From the human T2T-CHM13v2.0 reference genome, Homo sapiens: 64,000 nucleotides of DNA. Below the pieces are notes generated by a model, which was not told where the DNA came from, made no database searches, and worked only from the letters and a program-made list of their open reading frames with translations. Below are positions 16,008-29,469 of the stretch, piece by piece (within the stretch, counting starts at the first letter, position 1; every line of letters begins with the position of its first letter). The position numbers were made by a program, and so were the translations under genes. The stretch lies in assembly GCF_009914755.1 (NCBI RefSeq), contig NC_060938.1, one strand, 5' to 3'.

Positions 16008-16104
16008 ACTCATTTCAAATAAAATGAAGAGAGATGACTGGAAGTTATCTCATGACTCATTTCAAATAAAATGAAAAGAGAGATGACCAGTAAGTTATCA
16101 TATG
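16008..16104. repeat. Tandem duplication, two copies of ~47-50 bp
   Basis: ACTCATTTCAAATAAAATGAA..GAGAGATGAC...AAGTTATC..ATG at 16008-16054 and 16055-16104. Confidence 0.9.
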
Positions 16105-16761
16105 AGTAAGGGCACATGAGTTTTGCAGATACTCTGTTCAGTGACTGTCATAGGTAACACTGTGAAGCTTTCATAACTAAGCATGATACTAACTCTCGGT
16201 GTGTGCTGTATTTTAGGATTCAGAAAGCAACATGGGGAAAGGTGAACCAGGTAGACTGGTATTTAAAAAAATAAAAACACTAAACAGCAGCAACACCTAC
16301 CGCTATTAGCCATCACGAGCAAGGTGTCAAGTCACTGAATGCAATTCAACTAAATTGAGGAAAAATGGATTACCTTGTGTGTCTATTTTAAAGTTTCAGC
16401 TGATCTTGAGAGGAATGAAAAAGGGATTTGCTTGTTTCAATGTATCTCAAACTCATATGCAAATAAAACTCTGATACTGCACTACACATTTATAGTCAAA
16501 GACAATACTTTAAGAGGAGTAGCACACAATGCAACTGCAAATGAATGTCACACACACACAAAAATAAGGCAGACAATGTTAAGCTCCAATGAAGAATTTT
16601 GGTAATTACAAGCTGTATTGTTAAAAATCACTGTCAAATATGTTTGTCTCCATTGTTTGTGATTCCTCTTAAGATTGAAAACACTCTCCTCCCTGAGGCT
16701 CCACCCCCCCTGCCGTTTTATCCTTCTCCACTGCTACTACCACTCATGTGAAATTACTCCG

Positions 16762-16763
<2 letters not shown>

Positions 16764-16794
<31 letters not shown>

Positions 16795-16813
16795 TGTGTC
16801 TGTGTCTGTGTCT
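16764..16813. repeat. (TG)n microsatellite with (TGTGTC)n extension
   Basis: Direct reading. Confidence 0.97.
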
Positions 16814-17179
16814 ATACAGGAATGGCAGAATTTGGATGTCTCTCCCCAAAACATTTAAACAAAAAATGAACTCTAGGACAGGACAGGGATTGGTGTTGTT
16901 TTTTAATGGGTGGATCTTGAGGAGACCCAGGAATAGGGGCTATATAAATAAGAGACCAGTAGGGTGGCATTTGTTTGTTTATTCAGTAAACAAAAAATTA
17001 TTGAGTACCCACTAAGATGAGGCACTGTGCTAAGTAGTGGACATCCGGAAAAGTGAAAGACATGAGAGTTGATTGACAGGTATGACAGGAAATTACAGTT
17101 CGTTGAAAGGTAAATTTTTGTTTTGAAACCTAAACCCCATAGCTAAATGGATTCAAGAATTTAACAAATATTTATTCAG

Positions 17180-18437
17180 TTCTGTTGATGATCTTTCCCT
17201 TGAAATATTCTTTTGCTAAACTTCATAACACTATATGTTCCTGAAATTATTTCCTTTATGTCTTAGATTCCTTTGCAAGATTTTCATCCTTAGCCTGTTG
17301 TTTAAATGTTGGTGTTTCCTAGGGTTCTGGCCTAGGATTTCATTTCTCCTCATTCTAAATACTTCCCCTGGGAATTCACATTCGCTATATGACTTTTAGT
17401 ATCATTCTTATGATATGGACAACAGACATGATGGCATCAAATTCTGCATGTTCAGATCAAACACCTTCTGAGCTCCAGACTCAAATGAACCTCCCTTAAC
17501 ATTACCACCTGGACATTTCAAAATACCAAAAATTGAACTGATCAACTTCCTCCTATATCACTGAAGAGCACAACTATCTGTGAAGTTGCCGAATCGAGAA
17601 ACACAAGAATCATTCTTAACTCCTTCCTTTTTACTTCCTAACAACCAATCTCAAAGTTCCATGGACTTTATATTCTAAAACATATTAAGAAGTCACCCAC
17701 TCCTCTTCATGCTCTCTGCTGCCACCCAATCCAGGTCACCATCATCTCTTGCCGAGAGTCTCACAAATGTCTGCTTAATTGGTCTCCCTGATTTCAATCT
17801 TGCCTGCCTCTAATTATTTTTCACGTTACAGCCAGGTATCTATTTAAAATGCAGATTTACCATATTGTTCTCTTATTTCAAACCCTTTTCCAATTTCTCA
17901 TATACCGAAGGTAAAGTCCAAACTCCTCCACGAGGTCCTTTAGATCTCTGTTTACTTAAAAAATTCTTGTTTTGCTGCCCCTCTCTCAGATGCTACATTC
18001 CAACATACTGAACTTTCAGTTCCTTAAACATGAAACTGTGCTCTTTTATCCTAGGCCTTCCCCTATCCTTTCCACTGCTAACTCCTAGTTATCATTCCAA
18101 CATTGGCTTTCTTTGGGAAGCCTACTTGGATTGCCACCCCACTCCAGTTTAACCTACCTCAATCGTACTTAATTCCCTGTCAGTTCTGCCAACCTACCCT
18201 TACCTATGACAAACAAGGACAGATGTTCTTATATGTTCCCACAGTCACTTATACTTTTCCTTTAATATGAATTTTGAGGATTTTATTATAAACACTGATT
18301 TTTATAGTCTTCACTAATTATAATATAGAGGGTAAGAAGACATCTAGTACACACAGCTTGCCTTTGTATCCCTAGCACCTAGTACAGTGGTGTGCACAGA
18401 ATTGGTGCTTGATAAGGGTTTGTTCAATGAGTAAATG
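17180..18437 (+). mobile_element. L2 (L2a-like) 3' portion
   Basis: Degenerate L2 landmarks (AAATGTTGGTGTTTCCTAGGGTTCTG, ACCATCATCTCTTGCC, CCTAGCACCTAGTACAGTG) ending in a TGAGTAAATG-type tail; boundaries approximate. Confidence 0.7.
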
Positions 18438-20512
18438 GAGTACCTCATTTATAGGAAATTGGAAAGGGTTTAGAGCTAAATAAAATACCCCCTACCCCTA
18501 AGGAGAATGACATAAAATGCAGAATATCTGTTATACATAATTATAAGATGATAATGAGTAAATAAAATTGACTCCAATTTGGATACATGAGGATGTGCTA
18601 ACATTGTAAATTGGAATTAAATATTTAGCTCTCCCTTCTGGGATCATCTAATCCACACTAAACACTTCTGGAAGACAGTTTTATGATTTTCTATTACAGA
18701 TGAGAAAATAGGCACAGCAAAGTTAATTGAGTTATCCAAGGTTACCCAGTGAACCAGAAACACAGCCAGGTACTATTGTGTCATTGTAGGATTTCAGCCT
18801 ATATACTTGAATAGTATTCTTCAAACTATCACCTCTGATAATCATATGTGAATATAGAAACTCAGGAATATAGGCACTTTTCCAAGGATTTTCCTCTAGC
18901 CTTTAACATTAAAGGCTTTCTGTGATATGCTTCTGGACTCTTGTGCATTCCGAGAGTTCCTTCTTTATTCATAATAGAGTGTTAATATCAGGCACTAGTT
19001 ACCATTACAAAGTGTCAACATTTAACTCTTCTGCTCTGGGACATCATATTACACATTCTCCAACTATAAATGTCCATAGCTAGTTGGTTGGTGCATTCTA
19101 TTGCACTGGATGGACATTTCAGTAGAAAATGCTGCCAGTATTTAATAAACATTTGAGAGGCAACACAGGCTATTAAATTTAATGAGATTACTAGTTCCAA
19201 CATTTGCACTGTGAAAGAAAAAACTACTTGTGCTGCCATTTCAAAAGGCCAGACATATACTCAATAAGTATGTTTATATATGTTATTCTGGGTAAACACA
19301 ACACACAACCACAATGCCTAAAAAAGACTTTCTCAATATACACATTTAGTGTACAAAGAGCTATGCTTTTTATAACAACAAGCATTGCTGATATTAGTTT
19401 CACAGAGATAGGCAGGTCAAGTATACACTTGAGATTCTTCCTAGCCCCAGACTGGACTAACCAATGCTCTTTTTTTTTTTTTATACCTGAATATAGTACA
19501 AGATGTTAAAATAATCTAATCTGTACAAAACTGAAGCTAACATGTACCACTTTTACTGGATGTATAAACTATGCTTCCTTTGCATTTTCAGATCAATTAT
19601 ACAATTTTCTCTTAATGGGTATACCATCAGGTAGAAGAATCCCCAATCACAGAACACTTCTCTTGCTCTTTGGACTTTATGTGGCCTATCTTTCATTTGC
19701 CAAAAGCAAACATCTTTACCCGTAAAGCACTCAAACCAGCTCATGACATCACTCTCCAGTCTTGCCTTGTAGCTCCAGGCCCATGAAGAACTCTAAATGT
19801 CCAAAGTATTTACTGTTCTTAGTCCCCAACCTGACATTAAGTGAATTGGTTCTATCATGGGAATATAACTGATTATGTTTCCCCTAATAAAGACAGACAC
19901 TTGAGTTACCCATTTGTAAGTTAGCCCAATGTGAAAAGAAGAGAGAACTTCTGTCAGATGCCAACTTCACATCCATTGCTCATATCACAGAAATATCAAC
20001 TAAAATTCGAGTGGAATCTTTCTAACACCATTTTCCAGCCCAACAAATGTGAATAAACCTGTACTGAATTGAGAGGCTGTACAAGGCAATCTTAAGCTCT
20101 ATTTATGTGTTAATTGGTTGGTCATTAGTAGATGACACCCATGGGGTCAGAATACTTTTGACTTTCACTTGAAAATGTAGATTCCATGAATTCATCTTCA
20201 TTCATCAGTCCTGTTTTGAGGGAAATGACTATGAAAGGATACTGCCTTCATTTCCTAATGCTGCAGTTCCTATTATGCTATACCAAGGAATAAAATTTCC
20301 TATCAAAAGTAGCATAGAGGCTGATTTGGCTTCCTGCTTTAGATCAGTGCTCTCAGAGACTTCTAAAGGAAGCAAATTCCAACTTTATAGTTCTGACATT
20401 GTCCTTGTCACCCTATTTGCTATACCAGTGTGAATGTGACAATAATAAAGGATAAAAGAGTAAAAAACAAATGTTTTCATACCAAGCATGCTTGCCCTAT
20501 TTAAGAATTTAC

Positions 20513-20562
20513 CTGCAGAGATCCCATTTCTTCATCTTTTCTTTGGGTCTCTTCCAGTAGAT
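20513..20562 (-). CDS. CEP128: Internal 50-nt coding exon of centrosomal protein 128, peptide (D)LLEETQRKDEEMGSLQ
   Basis: Minus strand reads tttactttcttattacag|AT CTA CTG GAA GAG ACC CAA AGA AAA GAT GAA GAA ATG GGA TCT CTG CAG|gtaaat. Canonical acceptor and donor, open frame, phase 1 in and phase 0 out, coiled-coil-like composition. Matches my recollection of the CEP128 C-terminal region (...EKRDLLEETQRKDEEMGSLQDRVIALET...). Neighbouring exons were not found in the window. Confidence 0.9.
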
Positions 20563-21928
20563 CTGTAATAAGAAAGTAAAATACCCATCAAAATACAATG
20601 TAAAAACGAGTTGCCTCTTATCATCAAATGCAATTCAGCCAGTAGCTTGTATAAACTGTTGCCTGAGAAGAGAATTTAATGTTTAAGTGTGAGAAGCCAT
20701 GTAAAAGAAACACGCTCTGATCCCAACTGAGGACATGGCAGAGCGCGGGAGCCTGCCAACTCTAAGCTAGCCAAGAAGCCCTGGGACATCTCTCAGCTTT
20801 ACCTGACATACCAAAGGATGACATCAAATCAATTAAAAATCTGTAATCATACCAATATTTTAAGAATTTGGTCTCATGCTTATATAACTCAATGCAACAC
20901 AAAATTTCCTTTAGAAAAAAAGAAAAGCCTTTTTCTTTTGAAAGAAAAATTAAAAACAAACCATTTGCCCTTAAAACAAGCTCCCAAGCCAAGTTCCACC
21001 CCTACAGTCAATTTTTATAACCAAATTAAAACACCCTGGAATAATAGGTGTTATTAACTGGAAGTGGAACACCACCTCATCCATAAAGTCTTATTAATTA
21101 TCATTTCACACTGAGAGGGTGGGATGCATTGAAGCTACATTTGACTAAGAGTTTGGCACCATCCCAGAGAAATTAGTGGTTGGAAGGGAAGGTCGTCAAC
21201 TGAAGAGAGCTCTGTCTTAATGCATGTATACAGCCATGGTGTCTCAGTGCCCTACATTAATTTATGAACTTGCTATTAAGAAAACATATTTTCTGCCTGC
21301 AGCTATACCACCCTGTGCTATGATCTTATTATATCTCACAAACCTAAAGAGGACTAGGCTGAGTCAGAACTTGGATGAAAACTGGCAAAAAACACCTACA
21401 GCAGTGTATATTAATATGAGTATTTGCCTTACTCTCTCATTGATATAGCTTACCAAGAGACTATGTTACATAAAAGGAAAATATAAGTTACAGAAGTCTA
21501 ATATGTATCCCAGAAAGGCAAACTCAAATGTTTTACCAAGTGCTATATTAGATATAGCAGGAAACAGTCATATAGTAGAGTGACAAAGTCATGCTGGTGT
21601 GTTGTAACTGGGCAGGCAATACACCAAAATTTCAGGAGACCTGGCAGATGACAGAACTGATTGTGATGACCCTTTGAGGCCGCACAGCTAAGAGGGTTAC
21701 AGATGAGTGGTAAGCAATCTCCTGAAGACACAACATGCTGGGATTAAGGATAAGAGATTGTTTCTATTCTGTATGCTATAGAGGAACTGACTTTGGCTCC
21801 CAAAACCTCCCTTAATCAGGTACGTCAAAAAAGTAAAAAGAGCAGGCCAGTGTTTTGGGGTGTATTTTTAAAGGGGTTTTGATTGGCATATCAGGTTCTG
21901 TAGCTATAAGATACAGAAACCAACTTGG

Positions 21929-22462
21929 TGTATGGAAGATTGTTTAAGTGCCCTCAATCATTCCTCTTCCTGCATCCTCACTCATTTGCATTGTGGCATT
22001 GTAGCTACTTCCATCAAGAGGCCATGCACATCTGCTTCACTTCTTGCATCTGGGCTGGCCTCCTGACTTGATTTGGTGAATAGAATATAGCTGAAGTAAC
22101 TCTGTTTCAGTCCAGACTGAGGCTTTAAGAGGCCTCACACATTTCCACTTTTTCACTTGGAACCCTGTCACTGACATCTGAATAGGCCCAGGCCAACCTG
22201 CTAGATGACAACAGACACATGGTCTAGGACTCTTCCCACTTCTGTCACCCTGCAGGTTGCCCCAGCTGCCAGCCAGCAAATGCCCAGAAGCAGAGTTGCC
22301 CAGTTGATCTAAGGATGACTACAGATGACTGAGATGGGAGCCCAACTAAGACCAGACAAACTACCCAGCTGAGCCCAGTGTCAACTCCAATTCACAGAAC
22401 CAGGAGCTAAATAAATGGAATTTTGGAGTGGTTTGGTACCCGGGACTTGCCAACTGAAAGCA
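21929..22462 (+). mobile_element. MaLR LTR, MLT1H-like
   Basis: CTTCCATCAAGAGG, TCTGGGCTGGCC..TGACTTG, CCCAGCTGAGCCCAG, AAATAAATGG..TTTTGGAGTGGTTTG. Confidence 0.7.
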
Positions 22463-24280
22463 ATGAGATGCTATTTGAATAACATGTATTTAGAAATTAT
22501 TAGAAGGATATAGAGATAACTAATAGATGCACTGGAAAAGAGGATCCCAAATCTGAAGGCAATAACAACTAGAGCAGGTCTGGATGGGACGAGATATAGG
22601 TAGCATGAGCTAATAAGCATTTTATTCTGGGCTCCTCTAAACTTTATGTCATTCCACTCAAGATGAAACTTCATAAAGAGAACAGCTACTGAGCCTAGCT
22701 TAGATCTCTTGCCTACTGCTTGGCTAGGGGAAAGTATGGAGTACTTTCATTGTTAATCCCAAAAGGATTGGACTAAGAATAGAAAGAATAGTTTCCAAAT
22801 GCAAAATTAGGGTTAGAGAAGGAAGGATGGACATCAGACAGGCCAAAACAACAGATTTCTACACCATCTGGTTTCAGTTAACTGTGTCCTTACCCCAATT
22901 CTCTTCAATATTTGTGAGATATAAGATCACTCCTGTGTTCCTATGAGGATGTGGCTACTTAGCTCCATTACTTCTGGATATTAGGAGGTTCTCAGAGCTG
23001 GGCACTTTGTAATGAATTAGATTGTTTAATGGTGCAGTGTAACTGGAGTGATACATAGTGGGGTTCATCAACCACAAAAGAAAACTAATCTTGTTCCTCC
23101 AGAGTCAACTTAGTATGGCAAGTCCAAACTCCTTAGATAAAACTTACTGGATCAATAATGAGTGTCAGATCTTTTATGCAGCCAAACACAACTCACTCAT
23201 CTGATAAAATATAGAAGGAAAGAAGTCCAGTCTACTCACAGAACTTCATAAAATTATAGGAACTTTAAAATTATGTTCTCAGTTTTCTCCAAATACATAC
23301 GGGTCATACTACTCTTCCAACAAATCTGATGCCAATGACAATGCTTGACTTGGGATGGCTGAATAAAAACAACCGAAGAATTCCTAGAATTTTAAATTTT
23401 AAATAAATATTCTCCCTGACTGACCATCTTGTATAAAGGGTATAAGCAGACACCTGTTTTGGTTTTTATTTTTTTTTTCTTTGTGCCACATATCTTCCCT
23501 TTGAGAACTCCTGTTCCTCTTTTCCACATGATTTCCATGAAACTTTTGGTCAAGAGGCCTAACTAACCTTTCCTGCTGCAGAAGCAGGTCATGGCCCAGG
23601 CTAGCAAGTCAGAGCATCTTATCCCCCTGAGCATATGAGCTAAGCAACACCAGAGGTGTCCTTTTAGAGGATTAATGTGAATGCCAGGAAATAAATTTTC
23701 TCCTTCTGAAGCCACACCTTATATTAGCCTGGTGTTTCGAAGTCTGTATTTTCTACTATGTTGAAGAAACTTATTAAGCAATGAGGCTGGCAAAGAAGAA
23801 ATGAGAGCCAAGAAAGAGAGAATTGCTTGAGGACTACATCCACCCTTGACTGAAGCCCACAAACCTCCTGGACTTCCAATACATAATTCTTCCTCTATTC
23901 TTTTTCTTAAATTAGCTTTTGTTGGATTACTGCCATTTTTAAAAGTCTCCAGGGATGTAGTTGTATTGAACCTTCTTATCTCTATTCAGAAACCTAGAAG
24001 AACTTTCTAGTCCACCTTAAAATGTTTCATCCTACAACAAATATATGAAGACATGAGACTCAAAGAAATGCAAATGGTTTGGCTGAGATCACCTAGTTAG
24101 TACAAAGCCACTTCTACAGCTTTGCTCTCCTATCATCCTGCTCTGTCTAATCATGCTCTCATTTGTACCTCTCAATACTTAATTGCACCCTTCTTCATAC
24201 TGATTTAAAAATAAAATACACACTTGTCTGTATTCTTCTGACCTGCTTTAAAAGTTCCCTGAATCAGGGCGTCCGTGACA

Positions 24281-24584
24281 TTTTTTTTTTTTTTTTTTTT
24301 TTGTTTGACAGCGTCTCATCCGATGCCCAGACTGGAGTGCAGTGGCGCCATCTCGGCTCACTGAAACCTCCACCTCCTGGGTTCAAGCGATTCTCCTGCC
24401 TCAGCCTCCTCAGTAGCTGGATTACAGGTGCCAGCCAGCACGCCTGGCTACTTTTTACATTTTCAGTAGAGACGGGGTTTTACCATGTTAGATGGGCTGG
24501 TCTTGAACTCCTGACCTCAAGTGATCCGCCCGCCTCGGCCTCCCAAAGTGCTGAGATTACAGGTGTGAGCCACTGCCTCTGGCC
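24281..24584 (-). mobile_element. AluS (Sz/Sx-like)
   Basis: Full dimer with poly-T tail. Confidence 0.94.
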
Positions 24585-24924
24585 CATCCATATTTTACAT
24601 CCATGTTCTCCTTAACTACTGCCTTTCTATCTTTGATATTTAACTTATATCCCCAAAATTGCTCACTCCACCCACACCATTGCTGTATGCCACTGCTCAC
24701 TCGTTAGGTGCATTGTTCAAGCACATGCATTTGGAATGATGAACACGGTTATTAACCTGTGCTGATGAAATATGGCTACTGGGCATCGCTGAGAAGCACC
24801 ACTCTATGCAAACAGACAAAACACAAGAGAATATAGGTGAGACCCCTAGATAGTTAAAGTGACTTAATACTGTGATAACAGCGTGATTAGTATCTTTCAT
24901 TATAATGAACAATCTTGTTGTTTG

Positions 24925-25044
24925 TTCTTATCAGCATGGAAAGAGCTGAAGGGCTGCTCTGCTCTTCTTATCAGCATTGAAAGAGCTGAAGGTCTGCTCT
25001 ACTCTTCTTATCAGCATGGAAAGAGCTAAAGGGCTGCTCTGCTC
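24925..25044. repeat. Minisatellite, 3 x 40 bp
   Basis: Unit TTCTTATCAGCATGGAAAGAGCTGAAGGGCTGCTCTGCTC at 24925, 24965 and 25005, with 1-3 substitutions. Confidence 0.97.
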
Positions 25045-28000
25045 CCTTGCTCACCACTGACATGTTCGTGTTTTCTTTTATTACTCTCTGGTTTGCTGTT
25101 CCATACAAATAGCAACTCAACTACCATGTAAATTGCTGTGGTGAAATTTGCTTCCATCAACATTAGTTAATGAAAGATCTTTGGTAAAAAGGGCAGCAGC
25201 CCTGTGTATTTTCCTTGGATTGGTTCCAATTTTTTAAATGAGCTGATACTCACTCATTATGACATAAAGTCATTAGAGGGAGAAAAAGCCATATAAAAAA
25301 GCAGAACATCATGGATGAGAATTGGATGATCCAGCTGTCCTGTTTTGTTTTGTTTCTGCTTTACATTTCTCTGGAACACTTAGGGTTAATATATCACGAC
25401 CAAGTTTTTGGCTAAGATAGTTTTATATCTCTTCCTCTGCAGTCTTTGCAACCAGTGATCTGGCTGTTTAAGGAGGTTTGACACTTTTTAATGTTGATTT
25501 TGGTTTCTGGTAGCCAAGAAGCAGATAGATTGTTTGTTTATTTTTCAAAGGTGAGTCATGTCCAGGTGTGTATGAGCAATTACACCCATCTAGTAACTTG
25601 AACCTTCCTAGGGAGACTGAAGATCAAATTGAGAAATGACTATATTTTTCTTTAACCATTCCTATAAAATGCCTCATCCATATTACAACTAAGCCCAACT
25701 GATAATGGAGAGAAAGTTATAGAAACAGAGGCTTCTGACACAGCAACATTTATAACAACAGCACTGGACAGAGTAACATTGGCAGCAGAATATGTTGAGT
25801 TACTGATTGCAGTTTAGAGAAAAGCATTTAGCTCTGGCTCTTGTAACTTACTATAATTCAGTGCTCCTGTCCAGTGTTACTCTGTGTGTCTCGACATTTA
25901 CCAAACACAATAGATAATGCAAATTCTCAAAATAATTCAATATTTTATTAAAAAGTAAATTTATGATATTTCTATTTGTGAACAGATTCATATATTTAAA
26001 TATATTCATATATTTGATTCATAATTTCATATAACAAAATTCATCAGATAAAGCAGCACATTACAACCCTTATGAGCCTATAAATGATGGACTTAGCCTT
26101 CTATTATTCCATTCCAGATACTCAAGACATTAGCTACATGCCAGAGATAACGGGTCAGTTTCTCTTTTTCCTCCTTAGCTACCCAGTTATTGGAATCATT
26201 GACATTTTAGAGACAAGAGAACACAGAAATAATCTAATCCTAGGGTTGCTTTTTTTTTTCCTAAAGAAGTACAATTCTGTCTTATAAGGGAAATCATATA
26301 TACTTTCTAATGTAAATTATAAATAGGTAATTTAAAAAGCTGAGAAGGAGCTGCTTTTAAGGAAACAGAAGTGGAGGGCCTGGGGGCCAGCCCACCAAGC
26401 TCCTTCCTATCCTTGGGCAGACCCCTGTGGTGGCATGGTGAAGCTGCAAAGCTCCAAATTATCCTCACTGAAAGCTACTGATCTAATCTAGTGTCCTGGG
26501 GTTACACAGTGGAGGACTGAGTTCCGAGATCAAATGCCTCTGTCAATGTCACATAGCTAGTTAATGGTGTATCAATCTGAGCCCAGGGCTTTTGAATTGG
26601 ACCAGGGTCCAGTACTTTTTTTTTCTTTACACAAAAGTGACTGCCCTGCTTTGACTTTCAAGATTTGTATTGAAATGACACAGTATTCCAATGCCTATAT
26701 ATTTTCTAATGCCTCTCCAAACAGAAACAAAAGAAAACTTCATTAAAGCACTTGTGTAACATCGACAATCTGTGGGAAGACCCACAGTTACCAACTGTCC
26801 ACGTTAAAATTCCTCAGTTTTGGGAGATGACGTCCAAAAATATGGCTATGATGGAAAGCAAATACCTAGACACTTGAGAAGGCAGTTGTTTCAGCAAGAT
26901 ATATTCAATATACAGCACACAGAAGATTTCACAAAATCAAACAGCAACACAAAATCTGTTTCAATGAATGACAGTTTCTCAGCTTAATATAACATTTACC
27001 AGCAAACATTTTTCCTATTTTATTATACTAGTAAAGAAAAATTGAATAAAGGTATAACAATATGACTATATTAGCTCAAATACCTAAACAACAATCAAAT
27101 GTGTTGGGCTTTCAGTTAATATATGTAAAACATTTAAAATAGTGCTTGGTATATAAGAAGCATTATATACGTATTAGCTCTCAGTATTTTTTTTTTAAAT
27201 CACCCTTAAATATCTCTGCTAAAATCAGGAAAATGTGCAAAACAAACAGTTGTAATTTAAAACAAACAAACAAAAAAGGCCTATTAGTAAACTGCTTTTA
27301 GACATCATCCATTATAAGTAGCTACATTATTTAGAACTCTGCCATATCTACTGCCACCCACTGGTACATATCTGGATATACCGCAATGAGTTAAGAGTTT
27401 TCTCATCCGGCCTTACCACAGAAAACACACAGGTTAAAATGAAGAACAACATTCAAAAAGTATGGCTATCCCTTGTGGTTTGTCTCAGACACTGAAACAA
27501 CATGCTGGTCTACAGATGGAGCCCAATTGGTCCAATAAATGAAAGGTTTACAGTTCACTGTCTGTCTTGGGTATGTGGTAAAACATCCAAATACAGGTAC
27601 TCATGTTTTTCTTTGATGTTAATTCATTTCTGGTGAAACTTTCCACTTCGACAACCTTAGAGATTTAAAACCACTTGCCACAAAACTGTCACAGTACAGA
27701 AAATAGCATAATAATCTACCCCATTCCACCTCATGCTTGAGTCTGGCACTGAGAAACATCCTGATATAGAATGAAAGTTCTGACTCAGTCAACTATTAAG
27801 TTTTCTGTCATTTCTATTGGTAACATGAGCAGAGAAAGTAAGAACATATTCAGTAGGAAACACATCACTGTTCTAAATTGGCCTATGGGCTGTCTTGGCC
27901 AAAATGAGAAAGAGAAGTTTATGATCCATTGTAAACATTATTTCAAGAATAAGTTTCATATGCTGAAATCCAGGCATAAAATCATTTTTCTCCCCACATG

Positions 28001-29124
28001 TACTCTGCATTACACTCACATAATGGGAAGTTTGCTTTCATTTAAATTAATTGGGCTGGGAGAAAGTTTATCCTATGCTCTGTTCTTGTTCTAGACTCAT
28101 AAGGTCAACTGGGTATACATTTTGGGGCTCAGAGAAGTGCTGGGTATTTGACTTACTCTTTGATCACCTCTTCTTTACAGAAGCTACAAAAGTTTGTGCT
28201 GGTTTCTTGAGGTACCTACTACTGAACCAGATCTACGCTTCTTAGGCCTTGTAGATTCCTGGGTCTACTCTAGATCAAAATGAAATTTGAAATTTTTAGT
28301 GAATTTTTTTTCTAGTTTCTGCAATTCTTACATTCTAAGAGTAAAACAGACCTCAGAAGTGGAATAATGGTATGATATAGATCAGTGATGTGCACTTAGT
28401 TACAGAGTACAGCTCAATGTCAAACACCAACTGTTTCCTCTGGCAATCCACACACAGACAGTACGTACCCATGTATTTATATCTGGTACATCACAATGTA
28501 AATATATCCTGGGCTTAAATAGAGACATTTTATTTCAACTTATTCCTCATAAATATCAGTATTTCCTACCAAATTTGGCCTAGTATGTTGATATATTCTC
28601 TCAGGGAAGTAAATGATTAGAGATAGTTTTAAGGTATATATGATATACATACAAAACTTTTGACAGTAAAGGAGATACAACTGAAAATTTTGAAAAATTT
28701 TGAAATTTAAATCTTCAGTTTTAAACTTGATTGGTCAACAAATCTTAAACTACTAAAAGAAGTCCAAGTTCAGACATATGGTGTTTAATTGTTGCCCCAT
28801 CCCCTCCCCACTTTGAGGCCATTTTAAAGACGAATTATTACAGCTCAGCTCTATTCAAAGTGTTTGCATCTTACAAATCCTTTCCTTAAAAACTTAATGT
28901 TAAGATTTTTACATAAAAACATTATGTTTTCATTCAGTGAGCTTTTAAAAAAAGCATGGGACTTTCACTAAATTTTAGAAATATTTTTGCTAAACCTCCA
29001 GGTGGGCAAATGGCTTCAATCCTCTTTGTCTCAGTCTCCTCATCCACAAAGCTTCAAAACACATTGAGTGTTATCTCACTTCATGAAGTAGCCATGAGGA
29101 AGAAAATGGGATAAGAAAGAAAGT

Positions 29125-29469
29125 GGGAATTAAGGTAGTTAATCAGATATCTTTAATATAAAGATTATCCTTAATTACCCATGTGGGTCCAATGTAATCA
29201 GAAGACACTGTGAAAAAGACTCAAGTGGTCCTTACTGATTTTGAATATAGAGGAAGGGAAGCATGAGCCAAGGGATGAAGGAAACCTCTAGAAGCTGGAA
29301 AAGGCAAGAAAACAGACTCTTCAAGAGCCTTCAGAGAATAAGGCAGCCCAGCTGACATCTTGATTTTAGCACAGTGAGATCCATTTTCATTCCTGACCTC
29401 CAGAGGTATGTTATTTTAAGCCACTAAATTTGTGGTAATTCTTTATAGCATTAATAGAAAACTAACACA
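29125..29469 (+). mobile_element. MaLR LTR fragment, MLT1D/MLT1C-like
   Basis: CCTCTAGAAGCTGGAAAAGGCAAG, TTTTAAGCCACTAAATTTGTGGTAAT and an AGAAAACTAACACA end. Confidence 0.75.

Noticed and set aside
23460-23940. Possible ancient ERVL LTR (LTR16/LTR33-like)
   Set aside because: Too diverged to assign or delimit without an HMM search
24163-24615. 150-aa ORF and the other Alu-overlapping ORFs in the track
   Set aside because: Typical Alu translations (LECSG, SASRVAG, GFHHV)
24925-25044. CRISPR-like array
   Set aside because: Head-to-tail units with no unique spacers, no cas genes, eukaryotic intron context
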